DNA of 36,715 nt. Origin: an uncultured Candidatus Saccharibacteria bacterium (lineage in GTDB: Bacteria; Patescibacteriota; Minisyncoccia; Phycocordibacterales; GWA1-40-21). Below are positions 17,032-24,992 of this stretch, one piece after another (the first letter of the stretch is position 1; the number at the start of each line of letters is the position of its first letter). A program made the translations under genes and the position numbers. The notes beneath the pieces were generated by a model. It ran no database searches, was not told the origin of the DNA, and saw only the letters and a program-made list of their open reading frames with translations. The stretch is from NCBI GenBank assembly GCA_964416925.1, contig CAYQFQ010000005.1, forward strand, positions 1 to 36,715, in the 5' to 3' direction.

Positions 17032-19566
17032 ATGTCTAACGAATCACACCCAGGTAATAATGAATCACCAGAATTTCAGACTGGTGCAGGTCCTATTTCA
17101 GGAGAAAATCCTTCGTCTCAATTTGAAAATGGAGAAGGAGGTTCCGCATATGCAAAATTGCAAAGAGCAATAAGAATAATGAAAGATAAAATGACTGGAA
17201 GAACTGAAGAATCAAATTCACCGGTAACTCCCCCCGTGAGACAAATTTTTCATCAAGAATCAAGAATTCCCGACGCGCCTTTAACACAAAGACCTCCTGT
17301 CAGACAGATCTTTGGTTCTGAACCAAGAATGCCTCAGACTCCTCCATCACATGAATCTAGTGAAAAAAAGGAACATGCTAAAATTGTTTTAAGGTTCTCT
17401 CGTCACGATGAAAAAGGTAAGGGTGCTGATGACACTGAAGTTAGATTGACTGAACAAGGAAGACTCCATGCCGCAGGACTTTCTCGAGATGGTGTTGATT
17501 TGACAAATACTGTCGCTTTTGGTTCGCCAAGAAAAAGAACACAAGAAACAGCTGGCTTGATAATGGCTGGTGGACAAGAAGGTGTCTTGGGTACAGAGTC
17601 TCTTGAAGATCTAAAAAATATTGTAAATAAAGACATTGGGTTTGGTTCAAAAATTACTCAAGATAAGAGACTAGACTTTATTATGCCTCCAAAGGGTCCA
17701 TATCTTGATGAGATGATGGTTGCTTTTAAGGAAGGAAGACTTCTTAAATATCTCGTCGAAGAAAGTGATGCAAAGGCAAAGCAAATGGGTGGTGGAAGAG
17801 ATTTAATGTCATATAGTAGCCAGGCTTCCAAGATTGCTGAAATCGTTGCAAAATACTTAAAGATTATGCCTCGTTGGGAGAAGATCGTGAATGATGATGA
17901 AAAAGATGTGGCTCCAGTAATGGAAAGAATTTTAGCTTCTCACCAGTCTGTTACAGAATCATTTTTAGCAAAGGTTATTGAAATGACAAAGGGAGTTGAT
18001 GAAAGAGACGCTTTTGTCGAATCTTTGGGAGACCAAGGGTTTGGTTTTGCTGAAGGTTTTAAGATCGAAATTGAAAAGGACGATAAAGGTGAAGACCAGC
18101 TTAGAATCTCTTTCAAGAAAGAGAAAGATGGTGAAGTAATTTTTGATTTTGATGAGGTAGTTTCAAAGAAACTAATAAAGAGGATGATAATGCCACCTGG
18201 TCCAAAAGTTCCTTATGCTGCGAAAGAAAAGAAAGCCGATAAACCAAAAGCTGAAAAACCCGCAGAATCAGCTCCTAAAAAAGAAGCTGTAAAACAGCTA
18301 GAGCCTTCGGAGAAAGTTCCTGCTGGGGCATTAAGTTCAGAAAATGAGCGTCTCTTTAGAAAGTTAGCGGAGCCTAAAAAGGGTTTTTTCCGTAAGCTTT
18401 ACGATAGCGCTCTCAGATTCACCGGAGCTGATGTCTATTTTGCAAAAATGGAAGCAGCTCATCAGCAATCACTCGCTGATATGAACGAAAAGAAAGCTGT
18501 GGGCTTCAAAGAGGAGATGAGCAGAATTGATTTAAAAAACGAGGCTCTAGATACAGCAAAGAAAGAATTGGAATCTGCTATTTCGGCTCTGAAGGATAGT
18601 AATTCCCCTGGTGTAGAGAATTTACTTCTAAAAGTAAGAGAGATAGATATTAAAAAAGCTGAATTGATGAATGAAAGAGATATCGCTCAAACTCAATTTG
18701 AGGCTTTTGATGCAAAGAAAAAACTTTTCATTAATGAGAGAGATAAGGTTGCGGATAAATTAATTGGTAGCTATAACGAATTTCTAGCTCCAATGGAGGG
18801 TGATCTTGAAAAATTGCAGACACTTAAGGATCAGCTTGATTTAGACGTATTCACTACCGGAGTAAGACATGAAGAAAAATTGACACAGCTAAATGCCCTT
18901 GAGAAGAGAAAAAGTACTGTCGAAGCAGCATTGAAACTTGCAGGAGATGCAGATGATGAAATCAAAAAAACAACTCAAGTTTTAGAAGATATGTTACAAC
19001 AGGGACTGGCAGAAATTAAAAAAGAAAAGGAAGAGCTTGCTAAGAGGAAAATTGAAATAGATAAAAAAGTTGCAGCTGTTGATGAATTGGCAAATCCTTA
19101 TAGAGATAGGAGAGAACAGTTTGTTCGTATTAAAGCCGGAAGACCTATAGAGATGAATGTAAAGGCCAGAAAGGAGACTCCTGTGTTTAGTGGTAGTGAG
19201 ATAGTTACTCCTGGTACTAGGATAGAAGGCACAGGAAACGTAGAAGTAAAAAAAGAATCTAAAATTGAAGCTAAGAATTCTACACCCGAGACGGGCGAGA
19301 AAGACCCAGAGAGAAGAAAGATTTCTGATTTTATAACTGAATGGAATGCTTTCATCATTAAAAAAGGTACAGCTAAAGATTCCGTTGAAGTTATTAACGC
19401 CAAGGATTTATTGTCAGTTTCAAAAATGTCTGCAAATTTAGTAATGAACTTTGATAACTTTAAAGCAATTCTTGAGAAATACTATAAATTTAAGAAAATA
19501 CCAGTTGAAAAGTTTTCTGACAAAGTTTCTAGTTTCTATTTTAACAAGATCAAGGTTAAAAATTAA
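17032..19566 (+). CDS. Histidine-phosphatase domain fused to coiled-coil protein (cassette copy B)
   Basis: 844 aa. The N-terminus has a Pro-rich tandem repeat, PPVRQIFHQESRIP / PPVRQIFGSEPRMP. It is followed by VLRFSRHDEKGKG, AFGSPRKRTQETA and ILASHQSV (histidine phosphatase motifs). The C-terminal half is homologous to 14548-16602 (NSPGVE..LLKVR, KLFINERD, ANPYRD..EQFVRIK.GRP, EKYYK). Confidence 0.8.
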   Translation: MSNESHPGNNESPEFQTGAGPISGENPSSQFENGEGGSAYAKLQRAIRIMKDKMTGRTEESNSPVTPPVRQIFHQESRIPDAPLTQRPPVRQIFGSEPRMPQTPPSHESSEKKEHAKIVLRFSRHDEKGKGADDTEVRLTEQGRLHAAGLSRDGVDLTNTVAFGSPRKRTQETAGLIMAGGQEGVLGTESLEDLKNIVNKDIGFGSKITQDKRLDFIMPPKGPYLDEMMVAFKEGRLLKYLVEESDAKAKQMGGGRDLMSYSSQASKIAEIVAKYLKIMPRWEKIVNDDEKDVAPVMERILASHQSVTESFLAKVIEMTKGVDERDAFVESLGDQGFGFAEGFKIEIEKDDKGEDQLRISFKKEKDGEVIFDFDEVVSKKLIKRMIMPPGPKVPYAAKEKKADKPKAEKPAESAPKKEAVKQLEPSEKVPAGALSSENERLFRKLAEPKKGFFRKLYDSALRFTGADVYFAKMEAAHQQSLADMNEKKAVGFKEEMSRIDLKNEALDTAKKELESAISALKDSNSPGVENLLLKVREIDIKKAELMNERDIAQTQFEAFDAKKKLFINERDKVADKLIGSYNEFLAPMEGDLEKLQTLKDQLDLDVFTTGVRHEEKLTQLNALEKRKSTVEAALKLAGDADDEIKKTTQVLEDMLQQGLAEIKKEKEELAKRKIEIDKKVAAVDELANPYRDRREQFVRIKAGRPIEMNVKARKETPVFSGSEIVTPGTRIEGTGNVEVKKESKIEAKNSTPETGEKDPERRKISDFITEWNAFIIKKGTAKDSVEVINAKDLLSVSKMSANLVMNFDNFKAILEKYYKFKKIPVEKFSDKVSSFYFNKIKVKN

Positions 19567-19584
19567 TTCTAAAATAATAAAACT

Positions 19585-19854
19585 ATGAACGACAATAAAA
19601 ACGATTCAAGTGTGTCTAATATAGAAAACCTCAAAGTAGAACTAGCAAACCTTCTTGCAGAAGCGAAAAAAATAAATTTTGAAATTGAAGTCATAAACAA
19701 GCAATCTAGAAACGACATACAAGAACTTGATTCTAAAATAGAGACCACAGTGAAGTCGATAGAGAGACTTGTCTCTAAAATAAATTATGTTGAAAAAGAA
19801 GCTGGTGATGAGTTTGATGCTATTGTTTTAAAACAAGTCGAAGAAGTAGCGTAA
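19585..19854 (+). CDS. 89-aa helical partner protein (cassette copy B)
   Basis: Paralog of 16620-16889. It starts 18 nt after the large gene. Confidence 0.75.
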   Translation: MNDNKNDSSVSNIENLKVELANLLAEAKKINFEIEVINKQSRNDIQELDSKIETTVKSIERLVSKINYVEKEAGDEFDAIVLKQVEEVA

Positions 19855-19867
19855 CCCGAATTAATAA

Positions 19868-20260
19868 TTACATCTTTTCACCTGTCGACTGCATTAAACC
19901 GAACATGTTGCCTTCGGTGTCTATTGCTTTTGCAAACCAACCTACTTTTGGTATTTCCATTTTTTCACCATCTATCCTTCCTCCATGCATTTTTATCTTT
20001 TCGATTGTTTCGTCAAGATTCTCGACTTCGATTGTGCAATCAAAAGTGTAAATTTTTTTGTCCTCTGGACGTTTATACATACCACCATTAATGCCAGTGA
20101 CTTTATCACTGCCAGTAGTTAAACCCCAGTAATCAATGCTGCCCTTGTCATCTGCTGTCATGATTTGGCTTATATTCCAACTAAAAGCTTTTGTATAAAA
20201 GTTCTTTGCTCTCTCTATATCATCCGCTTGAATCTCAAAATGTATAACTCTATTTTTCAT
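19868..20260 (-). CDS. VOC (glyoxalase/bleomycin-resistance/dioxygenase) family protein
   Basis: VIHFEIQADDIERAKNFYTKAFSW and GGRIDGEKMEIPKVGWFAKAIDTEGNMFGLMQ are typical of the family. I chose ATG 20260 (MKNRVIHFEI) over 20302. Confidence 0.75.
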   Translation of the reverse strand: MKNRVIHFEIQADDIERAKNFYTKAFSWNISQIMTADDKGSIDYWGLTTGSDKVTGINGGMYKRPEDKKIYTFDCTIEVENLDETIEKIKMHGGRIDGEKMEIPKVGWFAKAIDTEGNMFGLMQSTGEKM

Positions 20261-20432
20261 AAGATATTTTTTGTTATATGTTAATAATTCGTCCGTCAGC
20301 AATTGTAGCAGGGGGTTATTAAAATATAATTAATTCATCTGTAATTTCTTATGTTATTAATATTGTTTTTATGAAATAAGAAGTATAATACATATCTACT
20401 ATTATCAATAAGCAAAATAATAATTAAATTTT

Positions 20433-21095
20433 ATGAATAGAATATATAGGACTATTGTTTTTGTTATTGTGTTGATTGTACTCATTGTGTTGGGTGTGCT
20501 CTTAATAAAAAATAATACAGTAAAAACTTTAGTTGAATACAAAAATGCGACCTATGTAATTGAAGGACAATTAATTAAGCTAACAAACGGAAGATCTGAA
20601 GTTGTGACGACACCAGGATCAACCTCTAAAACTATAACTCAGTATTTTGGCAACCTTGCAGAGGGGGATCTAAATGGTGATGGTAAAAACGACGTTGCTT
20701 TTTTAGTATCACAGACAAATGGTGGTAGTGGCACATATTATTATGTTGTTGCCTCTCTTAATACAACAGTTGGTTATGTCGGAACAAATGCTATATTGCT
20801 TGGTGATAGAATTTCCCCACAGACTACGCAGATAAAAGACGGACAAATTATTGTGAATTATGCAGATAGAAAGTCAGGAGAAGCTATGACAGTACGACCA
20901 TCTGTTGGAGTAAGTAAATATTTAACAGTTCAGGGTACGACCCTTGTGGAGTCACCTCGCGTTGTAGGTGCGGGTGAACACTGCGGAGGAAATATTCTAA
21001 ACGCCCCAGTATGTTCTAAAGGTTTTCATTGTGCACCCGTTGCCGGATCAAAACTACCATTTGGAGATGTGGGTGGATCGTGTGTTTCTGATTAG
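20433..21095 (+). CDS. Membrane-anchored/secreted hypothetical protein with FG-GAP/VCBS-like motif and Cys-rich tail
   Basis: It has an N-terminal hydrophobic anchor (IVFVIVLIVLIVLGVLLI), a DLNGDGKNDVAF motif and a C-terminal GEHCGGN..VCSKGFHC..GGSCVSD. Confidence 0.6.
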   Translation: MNRIYRTIVFVIVLIVLIVLGVLLIKNNTVKTLVEYKNATYVIEGQLIKLTNGRSEVVTTPGSTSKTITQYFGNLAEGDLNGDGKNDVAFLVSQTNGGSGTYYYVVASLNTTVGYVGTNAILLGDRISPQTTQIKDGQIIVNYADRKSGEAMTVRPSVGVSKYLTVQGTTLVESPRVVGAGEHCGGNILNAPVCSKGFHCAPVAGSKLPFGDVGGSCVSD

Positions 21096-21259
21096 ATAGT
21101 TTTAAATAGTCTAATTTGTCATAACTCCATTTTAATGGTATTGTTTTTTGGAATTCTCTAATTGTTAAAATTTAGGTCACAAAAGGAGGTACAGTACTTT
21201 AAAATAAGAGGTCTTTTTGGTTGGGTGTAAGAGATTTGATATAACAAATAGGTGAGAAA

Positions 21260-22435
21260 ATGCATAAACCGAGGTTGAAATTGTTGGTTGGAAGTTGGCA
21301 TCTACTGAAGCAGATCATGGGGTTCGGCAATCCCACGGCGGGCGGTTTTACCACAATGGCGGAAGCGCTCTGGGCGGTGGGAAAACTGAGCAAGGAACTC
21401 AAGTCGAGATTCGACATTGAGCTTGCTGTTTCGGCTCACTGGTGGCACGAACTTATCGTGCAAAGTGATGACCGTGACTTCGGCTATAGCGCCAAGTGGA
21501 ACAATCCGCGCGCTATCGATATCGATCAGTGGGCTGAAGGTGTTCTTTGTGGACACTATCCGCGCATTGGCAGAATCATTCCCCCTGGGTTTGGCCTGCC
21601 GGGAAGCGACGATGGCGCGTTCATCAATCCTGATCCGGAAAGGAAGAAGCTTGCTCGTGACATGATGGTTCACAGCTTTTTGACTTCTGATCGAGTGGTC
21701 TCGGAAGGCGTCGGTGAAGGCAATGTCATTTACTGGACAGGTCCCGATGGCATCCGTTGGAATCGCGTCGTTGGTGGTGACAATGTTCTCTTGGGACATG
21801 ATCTCAATCCGAATCTCCAGGAATGGAAGCTCATCGTTTCTGGTCTTTGTTCCGCTTTGGAAGAATCGAAGAAGCGGGGTCTGCTTGAGAATTCGAAATT
21901 ACTCATTGAAGGAAAGCCAGCTGGTGATCCCTGTTATCTCGATGTCTTTACGGACACCACCCTTGAGATAGAGGTAATCAACCGGATCAATGGGTATTTC
22001 GGTACCAAGCTTGCATGGTGGCAAGGGGAACTTTGTCACAGTCGTGGAAGTGGTCAGACATTCCACAGCGCGATGAATCAAGCGATCGACGCGGATGTTT
22101 TCGATGGTCAGATTCACCTGAATTCGGGAGGTCTCGGCGCAGTAAACTTCACCAAGATGCTCTCAATGCCTGGTGGTACGCCAATCGGCGCTTTTCCACA
22201 ATATGTGGACCCTGACTATCTTCCTGGTGAAGGTCTTCCTGAATGGGTTGAAGACCAGATCCTCACGATACGTCGTGGCGCTCTGTGGTCAGCCCAGACC
22301 GGCCTGCCGTTTGAGGTCGAGTTCGACGCTCGCTTCTGTCGGTATGCCGATACGGTCGGTAAGCTCCAGTGGTCGGCTGAATGGGTGATCGCCCTCTTCA
22401 ATGAGGAAGTGAAACGGCTCGAAAAGAGCAAATAA
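21260..22435 (+). CDS. Xylose isomerase-like TIM-barrel protein (divergent sugar isomerase family), G+C-rich island
   Basis: VIYWTGPDGIRW resembles XylA F/WGGREG, LLIEGKPAGDP resembles IEPKPxEP, GELCHSRGSGQTFHSA resembles ANHATLAGHTF, and QIHLNSGG resembles the DxN metal site. Nt 21421-21480 is 31/60 G+C by hand count. Confidence 0.55.
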   Translation: MHKPRLKLLVGSWHLLKQIMGFGNPTAGGFTTMAEALWAVGKLSKELKSRFDIELAVSAHWWHELIVQSDDRDFGYSAKWNNPRAIDIDQWAEGVLCGHYPRIGRIIPPGFGLPGSDDGAFINPDPERKKLARDMMVHSFLTSDRVVSEGVGEGNVIYWTGPDGIRWNRVVGGDNVLLGHDLNPNLQEWKLIVSGLCSALEESKKRGLLENSKLLIEGKPAGDPCYLDVFTDTTLEIEVINRINGYFGTKLAWWQGELCHSRGSGQTFHSAMNQAIDADVFDGQIHLNSGGLGAVNFTKMLSMPGGTPIGAFPQYVDPDYLPGEGLPEWVEDQILTIRRGALWSAQTGLPFEVEFDARFCRYADTVGKLQWSAEWVIALFNEEVKRLEKSK

Positions 22436-22450
22436 GTCTGGATTAATAAA

Positions 22451-22497
22451 CGCGTGGTGTTTGGATGCGAGTGCACAAACACCACGCGGTTTTTTTT
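22451..22497 (+). terminator. Rho-independent terminator
   Basis: A 13-bp stem pairs CGCGTGGTGTTTG (22451-22463) with CAAACACCACGCG (22476-22488), followed by G and T8. Confidence 0.85.
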
Positions 22498-22538
22498 ATC
22501 CCTTTCTATTTTGACTAAAATACAGTATTCTCTACTGC

Positions 22539-23999
22539 ATGGCCAAAGATGAGTCAATACTGAGATTTGAAAAAGTATCCTTTGGATATTCAGAGAACAA
22601 GCCCCTTTTAACTGAGGTGGATTTTTCTATTAGACGCGGAACGAAGACGACTATCATGGGACAGAATGGTTCTGGTAAAAGCACCTTGTTTAAGCTCATC
22701 TCAGGTGATCTTAGCCCTACAGATGGATCGATTAATGTTGTAAATGGAGTATCTATTGCTGTCTCTCGTCAAGTTATACCTCGTAACGAACTTGATTTAA
22801 CTGTGCGTGAATTTTTTGAAAAATGTTTTAAGGATAAAATTTATGATATTGATGTAAAGATTGATGATATTTTGGAAGTTGTAAATCTTAAAGGACACAC
22901 TAAAGTTCACGAAAGAATTATAAAATCTTTCTCTGGGGGCCAACAAGCAAGACTTCTTTTGGCATCTGCTTTGGTTCAAGCACCAGATTTGCTTTTACTT
23001 GATGAGCCGACAAATAATCTTGATAAAGATGGGATTGAACATCTGACAAATTTTTTAATTGAATATAAAAAGACATGTATTGTAATTTCTCACGACGCAG
23101 ATTTTTTAAATAGTTTTACAGATGGTGTTTTATACTTGGACGTCTTTACTAAGAAAGTTGAGCAATATGTTGGAAACTACTTTGACGTTCGTGAGCAGAT
23201 TGTAATCCGACAGGAAAAAGAAAACAGAAAAAATGCCCAGCTGGCAAAGGAAATCATAGAAAATAAAGAAAAAGCGAACTTCTTTGCGATGAAGGGAGGG
23301 CAAATGCGTATGGTCGCGAAGAGAATGAGAGAAAAGGCAGAGGAACTTGAGGAAGAAAAAGTAGATACAAGAAAAGAAGACAGAACTATCCGTCCGTTTA
23401 TTATTCCAGCTCAAAAAGATATTATTGGAGATATTATTAAGATTTCAGAATTTAAAACAATAAAGAATTGTAAGTTTTTAAGTAGAAAAACAAACATAAA
23501 ACTAAGACGTAATCAGCACTTATTATTGAAGGGTCCAAACGGAATAGGTAAGAGTACACTTCTTGAAGCTATTGCTAAAAATGAAGCATGCGGGTCAGTC
23601 ATAACCAAAGGTGTTGAAGTAGGTTATTATCGTCAAGATTTTTCAACGTTAAATTTTGAGGACACAGTCTATAAGTCACTTTCTTCAGTTAGGGCTGATA
23701 TTGGTGAGGAAACGATAAGAGCAACTGCTGCCGGCTTTCTTATAACCGCCGAAAGTATGAATTTAAAAATTGGTAATTTATCTGAAGGCCAAAAGGGACT
23801 CGTTGCTTTTGCAAGGTTGGTATTACAGAAGCCAGGTTTACTTATTTTAGATGAGCCTACTAACCATATTAACTTTCGTCACTTACCTGTTATTGCTGAA
23901 GCACTTGATAAATATGAAGGTGCTATGATTATAGTAAGTCACGTTCCAGACTTTTTAAGTCAAATTCGAATTGACTATACTTTGGATTTAGATAAATAA
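22539..23999 (+). CDS. ABC-F family ATPase (two ABC cassettes, no TM domain)
   Basis: Cassette 1 has GQNGSGKST, FSGGQQ and LLLDEPTNNLD. Cassette 2 has GPNGIGKST, LSEGQKG and LILDEPTNHI. The inter-domain linker is charged. Confidence 0.9.
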   Translation: MAKDESILRFEKVSFGYSENKPLLTEVDFSIRRGTKTTIMGQNGSGKSTLFKLISGDLSPTDGSINVVNGVSIAVSRQVIPRNELDLTVREFFEKCFKDKIYDIDVKIDDILEVVNLKGHTKVHERIIKSFSGGQQARLLLASALVQAPDLLLLDEPTNNLDKDGIEHLTNFLIEYKKTCIVISHDADFLNSFTDGVLYLDVFTKKVEQYVGNYFDVREQIVIRQEKENRKNAQLAKEIIENKEKANFFAMKGGQMRMVAKRMREKAEELEEEKVDTRKEDRTIRPFIIPAQKDIIGDIIKISEFKTIKNCKFLSRKTNIKLRRNQHLLLKGPNGIGKSTLLEAIAKNEACGSVITKGVEVGYYRQDFSTLNFEDTVYKSLSSVRADIGEETIRATAAGFLITAESMNLKIGNLSEGQKGLVAFARLVLQKPGLLILDEPTNHINFRHLPVIAEALDKYEGAMIIVSHVPDFLSQIRIDYTLDLDK

Positions 24000-24006
24000 A
24001 GTTGAT

Positions 24007-24258
24007 ATGAAATATTTCGTCTATATTTTACTTTGTAAAGATAAGACTTTTTATACTGGTTATACAAATAATCTTGAAAAAAGAGAATTTGCTCACAATA
24101 CTTTAAGTACAGGAGCAAAGTATACTAGAGGACGCCGACCAGTAAAGCTAGTATATTCAGAAAAGTTTAAAACAAAAAGTGATGCGATGAAGAGGGAAGT
24201 AGAATTAAAGAGAATGACCAGGGAAAAGAAAATTGCTATAATAGGATCGTTGTTTTAA
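24007..24258 (+). CDS. GIY-YIG nuclease superfamily protein (UPF0213-like)
   Basis: YFVYILLCKDKTFYTGYTNNLEKREFAHN followed by RPVKLVYSE..A...E..LK. 83 aa. Confidence 0.85.
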   Translation: MKYFVYILLCKDKTFYTGYTNNLEKREFAHNTLSTGAKYTRGRRPVKLVYSEKFKTKSDAMKREVELKRMTREKKIAIIGSLF

Positions 24259-24278
24259 TATAAAGAAAACTCAATAAT

Positions 24279-24992
24279 ATGGCTCAACAATTCTTTTTCT
24301 CGATAGTAATTCCAGCTCACAATGAAGAGAAGTATCTCAAAGACACCTTAGATGGTATAAATGGCTTTAATTATCCTAAAGATAAATTTGAAGCAATTGT
24401 TGTAGAGAATGGTTCTACTGATAAGACTCTTGAAATCGCTCAAAATAATAAAGGTGAAAAGATATCGGTTTATTCTTCTTCAGCAAAAGGGGTATCTTTG
24501 GCCAGAAATTTTGGTATGGAGAAGATTAGTTCTCTAAGCGATTGGACGGTTTTCTTGGATGCAGACACAATTTTGAAAGAGAATTTTTTAAATGAATTAA
24601 ACAAGTTTCTACAGGATAATACAAATGAATATTATACCATTGGGACAACATCGGTTGAACCATATCCAATATCAAGAGTTGCAAGATTTTGGTTTAGTTT
24701 TTGGAATCTTTGCCATAAAATATTTAAAGTCTCATATTCTATTCAAATTGCAAAAAGTTCATTATTAAAAGACATTAAATATGATGAATTACTTGAGATG
24801 GGAGAAGATTTGAAGTTTATAAAAGATGCGAGAAAGTATGGCAACTTTTTCTTTTTTGATACACGGTCTGTTTATTCATCAACAAGACGTTTTGAACAAA
24901 TTGGCTGGGTCACAATTTTCTTTCAATGGACAATAGTTGCTAATTTACCATTCTTTTTTCAGAAGAAATCAAAATATAAGGTTGTAAGATAA
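24279..24992 (+). CDS. Family 2 glycosyltransferase
   Basis: SIVIPAHNEEKYL, VVENGSTDKT and FLDADT are present. Confidence 0.8.
   Translation: MAQQFFFSIVIPAHNEEKYLKDTLDGINGFNYPKDKFEAIVVENGSTDKTLEIAQNNKGEKISVYSSSAKGVSLARNFGMEKISSLSDWTVFLDADTILKENFLNELNKFLQDNTNEYYTIGTTSVEPYPISRVARFWFSFWNLCHKIFKVSYSIQIAKSSLLKDIKYDELLEMGEDLKFIKDARKYGNFFFFDTRSVYSSTRRFEQIGWVTIFFQWTIVANLPFFFQKKSKYKVVR

Noticed and set aside
21302-22557. Shadow ORFs around the xylose-isomerase-like gene (21302-21799 minus, 21417-21665, 21714-21971, 22015-22215, 22173-22388, 22216-22557 minus).
   Set aside because: This is the same high-G+C artefact. The products are Arg/Ser-rich and overlap the motif-bearing frame completely.
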